Below, one piece after another: positions 1 through 11,921 of a stretch of 64,000 nucleotides of DNA. The stretch lies in assembly GCF_006345805.1 (NCBI RefSeq), contig NC_043000.1, positions 68,014,001 through 68,078,000 on the forward strand, read 5' to 3'. Below the pieces are notes generated by a model. That model had not been told where the DNA came from. It made no database searches and was given only the letters and a program-made list of their open reading frames with translations. This DNA comes from Octopus sinensis. Taxonomy: Eukaryota. How positions within the stretch are numbered: position 1 is the stretch's first letter; every line of letters starts with the position of its first letter. The position numbers were made by a program, and so were the translations under genes.

Positions 1-653
1 ACGACCTTTGAACTTTAGGTCTCACTGAGGAAATGACTAGAGACCGAGACCTCTGGAAGTATGCTGTGCGTGAGAAGACCCGTCAGGACAAGTGAGACCA
101 TAACCCGTGGCCTTCTACATGGGATGTAGCCAGCCCACTTATGCATACCTTCCCTTCTTGGGACACAAAACTCTACTTGTGAAGACCTGTTGAGGCAAGT
201 GAGAATCAGAATTGAAATTGATCAATGGAAATTGCAGCTGAGTTACCAGTGCCGATGGCATGTAAGAGAACCATCCGAACACGGCCGTTGCCAGCGCCGC
301 CTCAACTGGCCTCGTGCCGGTGGAACGTAAAAAGCACCATCTGTTCGTGGCCGTTGCCAGCGCCGACCCGACTGGCCTCGTGCCGGTGGCACGTAAAAAG
401 CACCATCCGTTCGTGGCCATTGCCAGCCCAGCCTGGGCCCCGTGCCAGTGGCACATAAAAAGCACCATCCATTCGTGGCCATTACCAGCCTCGCCTGGCC
501 CCCGTGCCGGTGGCATATAAAAAGCACCATCCGATCATGGCCGTTTGCCAGACTCATCCGGTACCTGTGCCGGTGGCACGTAAAAAGCACCCACTACACT
601 CATGGAGTGGTTGGCGTTAGGAAGGGCATCCAGCTGTAGAAACATTGCCAGAT
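1..653 (+). mobile_element. RTE-clade LINE 3' end (ORF end plus 3' UTR), last ~120 bp missing
   Basis: Colinear with 9855-10275, the 3' end of the RT-bearing RTE copy (e.g. AAGTGAGACCATAACC, CCAGCCCACTTATGC, TTAGGAAGGG(C/T)ATCCAGCTGTAGAAAC). Cut off after GCCAGATCA. Confidence 0.85.
272..590 (+). repeat. Five tandem 62-66 nt units in the RTE 3' UTR
   Basis: Units start CATC at 272, 338, 404, 466 and 528 and end GTGCC(G/A)GTGG..TAAAAAGCAC. Confidence 0.9.
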
Positions 654-674
654 CAAAGTTTATTTATCTAAGTT

Positions 675-718
<44 letters not shown>

Positions 719-736
719 ATATATATAATATATATA

Positions 737-798
<62 letters not shown>

Positions 799-811
799 AT
801 ATATATATATT
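675..811. repeat. (TA)n microsatellite
   Basis: Near-pure TA run; source of several YIYI ORFs. Confidence 0.95.
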
Positions 812-812
812 A

Positions 813-1914
813 ACATTGATGTCTTTTTCACCATTGTTACAATCATCTGAAATGGAACTGTCAAAGCATGATATTTGGGTTATTTTGCTATTCAACCTCA
901 AAAAAGGATGTATAGCAGCTGAAATTGCTTGTGATATCAATGAAACTTTTGATGAGGAAATGATTGGTGAGTGATCAGCTCGAAAATGGTTTAAACAATT
1001 TTGCAGTGGGGACCTGAGCTTTGAAGATCCTGAGCATAGTGGATGCCCATTAGTTATCGATGATGGTTGATTAAAGACCATCATTGAGAAAAATCCATGT
1101 AAAAACACTCAAGAACTGGTGAAAGAACTTCAACTTAACCAGAAAACTGCCTGCACCCATTTGCAAATCAAAAAACTCAACAAATGGGTATCACATGATT
1201 TGAATGAAATCAGAAAATGCACAGATATGAAATTTGCTCATTGCTTCTTCTCCATAACCAGACCAATCCATTTCTTGTCTGTATTGTAACTTGCAATGAA
1301 AAGTGGATTCTGTACAATAATAAAAGCGTTCTTCACAGTGGTTGGATCACAATGAAGCACTGAAAACCTTCCCTAAACCCGAGCTCCTCAAAAAGAAGAT
1401 TATAGTGACTGTTTGATGGTGTACTGCTGGACTCATCCACTATAACTGCTTAAAATTTCAAAAAACCATTACTGAAGAAACATATTGCCATGAAATTGCC
1501 AAAATGAATGAAAACTGCTATTCTTCAATCTCAGACTGGTCAACAGAAGAGGACCAATCATTCTTCATACAATGCTCAACCACACGTTTCACTAATGATG
1601 CGCTAGAAGTTCTTCCCTACCTAGCTTACACCCCAGACCTTTCTCCAATAGAACTACCATTTTCAAGCACCTTGATTATTTCCTGTGAGAGAAGGATTTC
1701 AAATATCAAACCTCATGCTGAAAATGCATTCAAAGAGTTCATGAGCTCCAGAACTCTAGTTTTATGTTACCACAATAAACAAACTAGTAACTCATTGGCA
1801 AAAATGTGTTGATTGTAATGGTACTTACTTTGATGAATAAAACTTCCTCATTGTTGAAATATATTGTGATGAATTTCATGTTTCAAAACGTTGCTTACTT
1901 TTTACTCAGCCTGA
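813..1914 (+). mobile_element. Degenerate mariner transposon (lineage 1), transposase pseudogene 852-1840
   Basis: MELSKHDIWVILLF...ARKWFKQFCSGDLSFEDPEHSGCP; IVTCNEKWILYNN (first catalytic D reads N); YTPDLSP; WQKCVDCNGTYFDE* ending at 1840. Right TIR ends 1914 followed by TA. Left TIR not seen. Many stops and frameshifts. Confidence 0.88.
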
Positions 1915-1928
1915 TATATATATAAAAT

Positions 1929-2522
1929 CATCATCATCCTTTAACATTTGTTTTCCATGTTGGTGTGTATTGGACAATTTGACAGGAGGTGGTAAGTTGG
2001 AGAACTGCACCAGGTTCCAATCTGATTTGGCTTGGTTTTTACAGTTGAAGCCCTTCCTATTGCCAACCACTTTGTAGTGTGTTCTGGGTGCTTTTAGCGT
2101 GCCACCAGCATGTTTTTATGTGGCACTGGCACAAGACTCTTACAGGCCAATCCTCTTTACCAGGGGATGCAGCCTTAATGCTTCTGCTGTGGAGGATGGG
2201 TCTTCTTGAGTTCATCAATGTACCAGGTATTTCAGTCCTTTGTCATCTCATCTTAAAGATTCAACATTCTGAAGTTGTCCTTCAATACTTTGTCACATGT
2301 CTTTCTGGATCTCCCTCTTCCATGAATTCCATCCACTTTGAGTGAATGACACTTCTTTATGGAGTTGTTGGTATTCATCTGCATCACATGACCAAACCAG
2401 TGCAGTCTTCTCTCTTGCACACTGCATCTAATTCCTCTTATACCTAACTTCTCTTTCAATACAGTAAGCACACAATCACACATGTACATGCACATTACAC
2501 ATCCAGTAGAGCATACTAGCCT
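1929..2522 (-). mobile_element. 5'-truncated RTE LINE (RT C-terminus plus 3' UTR)
   Basis: Minus ORF LKEKLGIRGIRCSVQERRLHWFGHV...GRGRSRKT matches 9627-9863. (GAT)n tail reads CATCATCATC at 1929. Confidence 0.87.
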
Positions 2523-2565
2523 CCATGCCAGCATGGAAAATAGGCATTAAATGATTATGATGATG
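2523..2565 (+). mobile_element. RTE 3' terminal fragment in opposite orientation
   Basis: CCATGCCAGCATGGAAAATAGGCATTAAATGATTATGATGATG matches the tail at 10337-10379. Confidence 0.65.
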
Positions 2566-2847
2566 TTGACACATATACATACACACAATGCATCTGTACA
2601 TAATTAAGTGGCATACAGAGACTCGTATAAATTGATAGCTACTTAATTACACAACCTTTCTCATATTTGTGTGTGTGTGTATATATATATATAGACACAC
2701 ACATACAGACAAACGCACACATATATACAGAGAGACAGAGAAATATACACACACACACACACACATGTATATGCACCTCATGTACTCATTATGAATTATG
2801 TTTGTTGTTTATATTTTTCATATGATCATATTCAATTATGTAAATAC

Positions 2848-3011
2848 CAAACTGCTTCCTTTTCTTCAGCGAGTCGAGAGGATTGTAAAGACGGCAACAT
2901 TGAAATGCAGCCTCCCTCAACAATTTCATATCCACAGTCCAGTTTTTGTTCGTATGCTGATGACCAAAGTATAAATGACCATGCCATATGTACACCTGAG
3001 AAAGCCAGTCT
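2848..3011 (-). CDS. Candidate internal coding exon of an unidentified host gene
   Basis: Minus acceptor CTGCTTACTCTGTTTATCTAAAG (alternative TTCTCAG giving a start at 2995), donor TTTG|GTATTT. Open frame DWLSQVYIWHGHLYFGHQHTNKNWTVDMKLLREAAFQCCRLYNPLDSLKKRKQF. Non-repetitive, more balanced composition than the flanks. No homolog recognised. Confidence 0.35.
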
Positions 3012-3096
3012 CTTTAGATAAACAGAGTAAGCAGTCAATGAGCTGACCACACAACTCTGTTTCAAATCCTTGATGTATCCATTCCAGTTCACTTAC

Positions 3097-3153
3097 ATGG
3101 CCAATATCCATGGGAAAAGCATGAAAATATCACACATCTCTATAATCCTTTCT
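3097..3153 (-). CDS. Candidate 57-nt coding exon
   Basis: Acceptor TTTTTTTTGATTTACAG, donor CAT|GTAAGT. Only open frame is ERIIEMCDIFMLFPWILA, phase-compatible with 2848-3011 across an 85-nt intron. Confidence 0.3.
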
Positions 3154-3755
3154 CTGTAAATCAAAAAAAATGACAATCTAACAAGTAGATACATTATGTG
3201 AAATTGTATTTATTAACCCATTTCAATCATAAGTGTGAACTCATATATTTGTGTGGGTGATTATAAAGTGTGTGTGTGTGTGTGTGTGTGTGTTTTGTGT
3301 GTTATACTTTTTCCTTCAGAATTATATTTCTTTTTCAAGGAGTACTTGAAATGAAAAACCACCAAAATTTCATCCATATACTGTATATAAAAATTATGTG
3401 TGACTATATGTTTGTAGTCATATATATGTATATATATATATAAAACAGCCAATGTGACAATATAAACAGACTGTTTTATGTCCTTACATATCTCTAGTAT
3501 GTTATATATATATTGTATTCCAGTTATTACAACAAGTGGTTGCTGAAAATGAATGAGAGAGAAAGAAAGAGAGATAGAGTGAGAGGGAGAGGGAGTTATG
3601 TATTTCAAAGAAAGTAATCAAAACATATCTATGATATCTAAAGATGGATGTAATGAGTATGAATAATAATTATAATAATAATAATAATAATAATATATGA
3701 AGGATTGAGGTACTCCTCCAGAAGATATAGAGTCAAAATTAAAAGAGTGCCTTTG

Positions 3756-3893
3756 TTATCTAGTGAATGATATTTTGACATCTTGTGTGTCTTCAACCTC
3801 AATCCTTTATATATTAACCAAAATGAAGTATATTGACAAAATTATTTTTTAAACCAGTTGAAAACACACAAGATGTCGAAATATCGTTCACTA

Positions 3894-3898
<5 letters not shown>
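3756..3898. repeat. Inverted repeat with ~42-bp arms (MITE-like)
   Basis: TTATCTAGTGAATGATATTTTGACATCTTGTGTGTCTTCAAC (3756-3797) vs GTTGAAAACACACAAGATGTCGAAATATCGTTCACTAAATAA (3857-3898); ~5 mismatches, 59-bp spacer. Confidence 0.7.
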
Positions 3899-3931
<33 letters not shown>

Positions 3932-3935
3932 TAAT

Positions 3936-4445
3936 AAATGCCCTGATGCAATACCAGGCAGTGGCTCTCATGGCTTTTGATTTCAAATGATTGGAAGTGT
4001 TATAACGTACATGTTTTGTCTTGGTGTAAAAGATGGGCTACAGTAAATATTTTGCCCAATCGTATAGATTTGCTTGTCAGTTGCTTGATCATAACCAGTT
4101 AAACATGTTTTTTGGTGGCTGACAATATGTGCATCTCTGATCACAAGCAGAAGTAGTTGGGGAGCATCAGAGCCATGTATTGAGAGGAATTCTTTGGGGT
4201 TTGAGTAATTTATCTCTGGTAACATGGTTGTTTCATTCATCATCTTTAAACAACTCTTATTCAGGGACCTTTTTAGCAGGATGAGCTACTTGGCCTGAAG
4301 AACATTCTGAGTTCCACCTGCAAGGTCATGCACTGGTTACCTTGATATGAGGTCACCATGTCAGACACATGTGGTTGTGATGCATGTGCCTGGTGTACCC
4401 TTATCAGATGTGTGGTCATGATGGATATATTGGGACTTTGTATAT
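3936..4445 (-). mobile_element. Non-LTR retroelement 3' UTR fragment (family G) with (TTA)n tail
   Basis: Colinear with 54614-55130. Abuts the (TAA)n tract at 3893-3935. No coding capacity seen. Confidence 0.75.
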
Positions 4446-4861
4446 TTGTGGGGAGGGGACTAGTCAATTACATCAACTCCAAAGTTTCACTGGTAATTAA
4501 TTTATCAACCCTGAAAAGATGAAAGACAAAGTTGATCTTGGCAGAATTTGAACTCAGAATGTAGCGATAGGCAAAATACCACTAAGTATTTTGTCCAGCA
4601 TGCCAATGATTCTGTCAGCTCACCACATTAATAATAATAATAATAATGATCCTTTCTACTATAGGCACAAGGCCTGAAATATGGGGGAAGATACTAGTTG
4701 ATTACATCGACCCTAGTGTTTCACTGGTATTTAATTTATCAACCCCAAAAGGATGAAAGGCAAAGTTGACCTCAGTGGAATTTGAACTCAGGACGCAGTG
4801 ATGGACAAAATACCACTAAGCATTTCATCCAGCATGTTAACAATTCTGCCAGCTCACCACC

Positions 4862-4893
<32 letters not shown>

Positions 4894-5128
4894 CTTTTCT
4901 ACTGGGCACACAAGGCCTCAAATTTGGGGGAAGGGTTTAAGTCAATCACATCAAGCGCAGAGCATAACTGCTACTTATTTAATTAACCCCTGAAAGGATG
5001 AAAGGCAAAGTCGACCTCAGTGAAATTTGAACTCAGAACATAGCAACAGACAAAACACTGCTAACAATTCAGCCAGCTCACCGCCTTAATAATAATAATA
5101 ATAGTAATAATAATGATAATAATAATAG
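4446..5128 (-). mobile_element. Three head-to-tail family-A tRNA-derived SINEs separated by (TAA)n
   Basis: Copies at ~4446-4630, 4649-4865 and 4891-5090, each with the core (reverse complement) TCAACCC..AAAGGATGAAAGGCAAAGT(T/C)GA..TTTGAACTCAG and head ..GCCAGCTCACC. Confidence 0.9.
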
Positions 5129-5289
5129 GAAAGTATTGTAGTTCGCTGGAAGCATTGTGTTTGTAAAATATAACATGTCTTGAATGGTACAACAAAGCAG
5201 AGTGGACTATAATGACTGTTATAATTTAATTATTCATAGTCTGATATAATATTTCAGAATATAGAAATTCCTTCTTCAGATGTTGCTAA

Positions 5290-5365
5290 GAATTTTTTAG
5301 GGGAGAGGTAAGTCAATTATATTGACCTCAGTGCTCAACTGGTACTTATTTTGTCAACCTTGAAA
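5290..5365 (-). mobile_element. Family-A SINE fragment
   Basis: GTCAATTATATTGACCTCAGTGCTCAACTGGTACTTATTTTGTCAACC matches the SINE A body. Confidence 0.7.
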
Positions 5366-6101
5366 GTTAACTGTTTCTCTCTTTTGGGGGGAGTGCAGTA
5401 ATAATAATAATAATAATAAAATAATAATAATAATAATAATACAGAGAATGTGAGTATAAAGATTTCTACATAAATTTCATTGATAAATATTGATAGTAAA
5501 ATGAAATGTAACTTGTATTGAATTAAAAGTGCTTTTTTAGAATGTTTGTTGAGCACTAAGATATAAGAAGCTATGTACTTCAAAGAAAATCAAAATATGT
5601 CAATGAAACATATCTGTGAAATTGGAAAATGTATCTAATAATAATGTGGTCAATAATGAAAAGGAGAATAATGATGATATTATATTCACACATATATTTA
5701 TATATGTATGCTTATATAACAAGTGAAGAATGGTGATTTTGGCATCATATTTATTCCACATTTTACAGCTGTTTCAAATAACATACAAATGATAGATCAT
5801 GTAATAAACTTGGAAGAGGGTAATGATGATATGTTCACTATGGTGAATAAATATATAAATTTATTTATTCACTCGCATTATGATGAGATGGGTCTTTCAT
5901 TACATAATCAATATTATATAATCTATTTTACATAATCATTGCTCTCTTTTATGTTTACCAACTTATACAAATTGTCACCCACATGTTGTTGGAACACCTG
6001 TAAACTATGGAATATATGTGATACCAGTTCCATTCTTTGCTTGTTATTTCATACTCTGCAACTGAAGGTAACTTCCTGGATTTTCAGTTTGTGTGAAACT
6101 A

Positions 6102-6558
6102 CCATAAATCCTCAAGTATAATCCGCATTTTTTCCCCAAAATTTAAAGGTCAAAATCCCTAGTGCATACTATATGCGAGGTTAAAAATGAAAATTATTTT
6201 CTAAGCAATGTTCGAGTCTCTATTTGCTGTCTGGCATTTTGTGATGTCGAGCACAAAAATACCTTAAGCTAAGCCTGAAAGCAATGAAGTCCTAAAAGAA
6301 TCATCCATAACTTGCAATAAGCAACATTTATTAAACGTTATTATTGTTATTTCTTTATTTTCTGCTAACAAAATGCACAAAAAGGCTACACGTTTGCACT
6401 ATGTTATATATACAATAATAATAAAGGATGTTACCGTATACATTTTTACAAACCAAGAGGTGCATATTATACACAATGTTTAGATTTTTCAAAGGTACAG
6501 CCCCTAAAAATCCCCTGCGTATTATACTCAAGGGCGGACTATACTTGAGGATTTATGG
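6102..6558. mobile_element. pogo/Tigger-type MITE (457 bp)
   Basis: 25-bp TIRs CCATAAATCCTCAAGTATA(A/G)TCCGC, 24/25 identical, TA on both flanks. Confidence 0.85.
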
Positions 6559-6670
6559 TAATATTTCTACTGAAGAGATCTTCCCTCACTATTCAATCTT
6601 AGACACAGTGTTCACAGGAGATATTACTGAGATAACTGCCTGGATTCCCAGATACCCTTTCATTTATTAC

Positions 6671-6720
<50 letters not shown>

Positions 6721-6995
6721 TTATATATATAAAATCATTTTTAACATCCACTGTCCATGCTGGTATAAATATATATGTAAGAATTAAAAAATGAGAATGA
6801 GTATTCAACACTGCATTGGTTGATAAAGACTTGTTATTTGTATATTAAGGCTACCATTGATTTCATGTTAAGGATTAATCCAAATAATTTTGGATTAATC
6901 AAAAGTGGAGACGAACACCAATGTTCCCTGTGATAGGCTTCATAATTGTTGAGGGCATATTGCATGAAACCAATTGCAGCCTTAATACAAATAAA

Positions 6996-7033
<38 letters not shown>

Positions 7034-8054
7034 CTGTTTTAATGAAAAAACTCAATACATTTCTAGTGTAATAATTTTATTATAGCTTTTGCACAGTTCT
7101 GTGTTTCCCAGAGGCTTATAATTTCATCTCATCCTGGGCAGAAATCTTCAGGCTGTGGGTTTTTGTTGAAATAGAAAATATAAACTTCCTGTAATAGTCT
7201 TTGCTATTGTCTCTGTCCCTAAAATATCAAAATATCTTACTTTACTAATCCCTCAACATAATCTATACATATAGGAAACTTTAGAGACCAGTGAACTTTT
7301 GTGCCTATTCAATTTCCAAACCACAACACCTAACAATACACTGCCCAACATATTGGCAAATTATTTTCATCAATTCTTAATTATTATTAGTATTATTTTT
7401 TGATAACAAAAGATAGACACTTATCTTTACATTATTCCTCTGCTCTGTTAATCCCTCACATTCCCATTGGAAAAAATTAACTTGCACAAAATGATTGCCT
7501 TCAAATATCAGCCAACAAAAGCAAAGACTCCTCCACACAAACCTTTATTTTAAATTATTAAAACATCAATTTCTAGAAATTCCTAAAATCTTATTTCCAT
7601 CTGGGGTTATATTCCTAGTTACTGTCAGGCACTGAACTTTGTAATAGCCACAAGACAAAGCACATGTTTATTTATATTCAACGTATGTACACCATTTTCA
7701 TGATAATTTCTCAAGAAAGCACTTATTGTAATTATGCTTGTTGTCAGTTTGGGTAATTTTCTCCAATTTCCTTTTATCAATGAAACAAACAACCAAATTT
7801 CAAAATAATATTTATTTTTCCAAACTTATATATTTTTGATATTTTTCTTTTCATAAAGTAAGCAGATAACATTTTGTACCACTAACCAGTGGAAGACATT
7901 GTAACAAATTGTATTTTGATCAATGAAACAAATTCTGAAGAAACATCGAACAAACTACAGTGGTGTTTGTACATGTTTAGACCCAGGTTTACTACTAGGT
8001 AATTAAATATATGATCAAAGGCATTTCAGTCTATTTTTATTTAGGACCAATGAA

Positions 8055-8135
8055 TTCATTTTTACCTAAGATGGTAGGGTGATATTTGGAAGAATTTGAC
8101 AGCTATCTACACCAGGTTGAGTGACCATGTCGAAT
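8055..8135 (-). repeat. Fragment of dispersed repeat family E (also ~15745-15915 minus and ~48875-49060 plus)
   Basis: Shared motif AAGA(T/C)G(G/A)(T/C)AG..TG..ATTTG...GA..TTG...GCTAT.T seen at three loci. Class unknown, probably a SINE. Confidence 0.4.
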
Positions 8136-8257
8136 CTCCATAAGCTTTACCAGCTTTCTAATAGATATCAGATCTATGCAGTTTTGTTTTCCCTATCTGA
8201 TTTTGTTCATATTTTCTACATTGCCACTATGAAAGGTTGCTCAATAAAGAAAATGAA

Positions 8258-10380
8258 TAGGAGAAAGAGAGTTTGCCGAATGTCGACCCAACATAGGGAC
8301 CAGCTATCCGAGTTGACAGTACCTTGGTAGATAAAGCAATTAAGTGTATGAAGACAGGGAAAGTCCCTGACCCATCAGGAATCACTGTAGAGATGCTCAA
8401 AATATCTGGCAGTGTCAGCTATAGCCTAGTCACCCGTATAGTTAACCAGGTGATACACGAAGGAGTCATACCCAATGACTGGTGTAGCAGCACTATAGTC
8501 AACTGCTACAAAGGTAAAGGTGATGCTTTAGATACAAATAATTACAGAGGTATCAAGTTGTTGGATCAGGTAATGAAGGTCATGGAGAAGGTCATAGCTC
8601 AACTAATTCGGGAGAAAGTGAGTTTAGATGAGATGCAGTTTGGGTTCGTGCCTGGGAAAAGCACCACTGATACTATATTTCCTGTAAGACAGCCACTGGA
8701 GAAATACCTAGGCAAAGATAAACCTCTGTACCTGGCTTTCGTTGACATGGAGAAAGCCTTTGACAGGGTCCCCCAATCCTTTATCTCAATGAGGAAACTA
8801 GAGATAGATGAATGGTTAGTGAAAGCTGTGCAAGCCATGTACAGGGACGCTGCCAGTAAAGTGAGGATTGGCAACGAGTACACTGAAGAATTCCGGGTAG
8901 AGGTAGGGTCCACCAAGGCTCAGTCCTCAGCCCCCTCCTATTTATCATAGTCCTCCAGAGAAATTCAAGACAGGATGCCCTTGGGAGCTCCTCTATGCTG
9001 ATGACCTTGCTCTAATTGCTTAGTCACTATCAGAACTAGAGAAGTTTCAAATGTGGAAACAAGGATTAGAATCGAAGGGCCTAGAGTCAACCTAGCTAAA
9101 ACCAAAGTCCTAATAAGTAGAAAGGCAGGCAAACCACAAATCCATTCAGCTAGATGGCCCTGCTTGATCTGTAGAAAAGGTGTAGGTAGAAACTCTACAA
9201 GATGTACCCAGTGTAAGCTATGGACACATAAGAGGTGTAGCAATATCAAAGGAAGGCTAACTGGGAAGATAGTTTTTGTGTGGCAGATGCTCAGGAGCAG
9301 TAAACACTGAAAATGTGCAGAAAACAACTTCGGCCACATTCCAGGGAGGAAAACTAGAAGTAGTTGATAGCTTCCATTACCTAGGTGACCAAGTCAGTAG
9401 CAGGGGAGGGTGCACTGAAAGTGTAGCTGCTAGAATAAGAATAGCCTGAGCAAAGTTCAGAGAGCTCTTACCTCTGCTGGTGACAGAGGGCGTCTCACTC
9501 AGAGTAAAAGGTAGATTGTATGACGCATGTGTACGAACAGCCATGTTACATGACAGTGAGAGATGGGCTGTGATTGCTGGGGACATGCGTAAGCTTGCAA
9601 GGAATAAAGCCAGTATGATCTGATGGATGTGTAATGCCAATGAGCATACTCGACAGAGTGTAAGTACCTTGAGAGAAAAGTTGGACCTAAGAAGCATCAG
9701 ATGTGGGGTGCAAGAGAGACGACTGCACTGGTATGGTCATGTGGTGAGAATGGATGAAGATAATTGTGTGAAAAAGTGCCACACTCTAGCAGTTGAGGGA
9801 ACCTGTGGAAGAGGTAGACCCAGGAAGACTTCCTGGGATGAAATGGTGAAGCACGACCTTTGAACATTAGGCCACACTGAAGCAATGACTAGTGACTGAG
9901 ACCTTTGGAAATATGTTGTGCTTGAGATAAACCAGCAAGCCAAGTGAGACCATAACCTTGTGGCCTATGCCAGGGGTGTAACCAGCCCACTTATGCGTAC
10001 CTTTCCTTCATTGGACACCAATGAGGCAAGTGAAATTGAAATCAAATTCGATGACTGGCATCCGTGCTAGTGAAGTGCTAAGAGCACCATCCAAGCATGA
10101 CCGTTGCCAGAGCAGCTGACTGGCTTCCATACCTGTGACACGTAAAAAGCACCATTCGAGCGTGATTGTTACCAGCGTTGCCTGACTGGCCATGTGCCGG
10201 TGGCATGTAAGAGTACCCACTACACTCTCGGAGTGATTGGCATTAGGAAGGGTATCCAGCTGTAGAAACTCTGCCAGATCAGATTGGAGCCTGGTGCAGC
10301 TGTCTGGTTTGCCAGTCCTCAGTCAAATCGTACAACCCATGCTAGCATGGAAAGCGGATATTAAACGATGATGATGATGC
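8258..10380 (+). mobile_element. 5'-truncated RTE-clade LINE, reverse transcriptase pseudogene plus 3' UTR
   Basis: ORF 8324-8950 includes NYRGIKLL, QFGFVPGKST and FVDMEKAFDRV; frameshifted VHQGSVLSPLLF; LLYADDL at ~8993-9012; FHYLG; RRLHWYGHV; GRGRPRKT; (GAT)n tail at ~10370-10380. Confidence 0.95.
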
Positions 10381-10677
10381 TGATTGATATAGTTTTCCAT
10401 ACTACCCAAAAATCATATCCATTTTTGACACAAATTATTAATAAACAAAGTTACAAACCTTTAAACTTGAAATTTTTGCCAGTCAGATAAATTCTATTTT
10501 ATTAAAAGAATTTAATGAATGGAAATTAAAAACATTATGAAACCCCAACAAAGATGAAAATAAATTTTTAATGAAATAAAATAAAAATGTTATATATCTT
10601 TGAAGTACCAAATAAAAAATGTAATAAAATCTTCCAAAATGAAGAAAATGTGTCTATGGCAATGAAATTCTATTGTA

Positions 10678-11921
10678 TTGGATCGTCTCATAAATAATGC
10701 ATTTTTTAATACTTCTTTTATTTTTCAAAATTAAGATAAGAAGGTCTTTTTTAATCTAAAATATACTCACCTTCATTTTCTACAATGCTCTACCATCTAC
10801 CTGGTAGACTTGCAATATTCCTTCAGTACTGCTCTGAGCTGGTCTACAGAATTCCTATTTTTTCTGTTCAAATGATTTTGAAAACTGAGGAATAAATGAT
10901 AATCAGATGGGGAAATGTCTGGCAAATATGGTGGGTGGGGCTTCGTTTCCCATTCAGACTGTTCCAGCCTTTGGAATGTCATCCTCGCTATATGTGGCCA
11001 AGCATTATCCTGATGGAGGAACACCTTGTGTCTTGAAACCAAAGTTGGTCATTTTTCTTCTAGCGCTGACTAAAACCACTCAAATTGCTCACAGTAGATT
11101 TCCTTTGTTATCGTTTGGTTTGGATTTAAAAGTTCAAAGTGAACTAAATATTTAATATCCCACCAAACAGAAAACAACACCTTATGTGGATGAAAACCTT
11201 CTTTAGCCTGGGGTGCCAGTGTTTCTCCTCTTCCTACCCTCTGTCTTCGGCACTTGACATTTTTATAGAGAACCCATTTCTTGTCATCAGTCACTATTCA
11301 ATCTCCAAAAGGTTAATTTGTGAGACTTGACAGCAAAGAAGAGCACACATTCACTCTCTGCATGTGATTAGACTTGGAAAGTTTGTGAGGAACCCATTGA
11401 CCCAATTTGCTGACTTTTCCAATGGCACGCAGGTGTCGATGAATGGTTGAATGACCAAATCCAAGCATCTCTACTAGTTCCTCAAAAGTTACAATGGGAT
11501 TTTGTTCCACCAGGGTTTGCAGGACATTCTCATTGAGCTCTACAGATCTTCCAGGATGAGGCTTGTCTTCTAGGCTGTAATTTCTAGCTTGGAATTTCTG
11601 GAACTGTTGTCTCTGGCTTATGCTTATTGTCCAATCCCCATATACTGCATTAATATTCCGTGCACTTTCTGTTGCATTGTTGCCTTTATTGAACTTATAA
11701 AGCAAAATATGTCGAATATGCTCCTTTGTCACTTCCATTATAGCTTTGAAAAAATAACTGTTAAAAGTGAACTGCACTCTTCAAAACGTGCACTAAGAAT
11801 AAGTACAAAGTAAAATTACTACCTGCTTTTATAGTAAGTTGATGCAGGTAGTTTATCTCATCCCTCTCCGACTTTTAGTGCATGCAATTGTAAAAACTGC
11901 ATTATTTATAGGATGACCCAA
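10678..11921 (-). mobile_element. Full-length degenerate mariner (lineage 2)
   Basis: MEVTKEHIRHILLYKF, WVPHKL, TDDKKW, HQDNAWPH, YLPDISPSDYHLF. TIRs TTGG(G/A)TC(A/G)TC..ATAAATAATGC with TA flanks. Stops and frameshifts. Confidence 0.93.

Noticed and set aside
272-590. CRISPR array (repeat-spacer appearance)
   Set aside because: The variable part is only 7-11 nt, the array lies in a eukaryotic RTE 3' UTR, and there are no cas genes.
3097-3153. Selenoprotein read-through (RKDYRDV-TGA-YFHAFP frame)
   Set aside because: The context matches no selenoprotein family I know, no SECIS was seen, and another frame is open without a stop.
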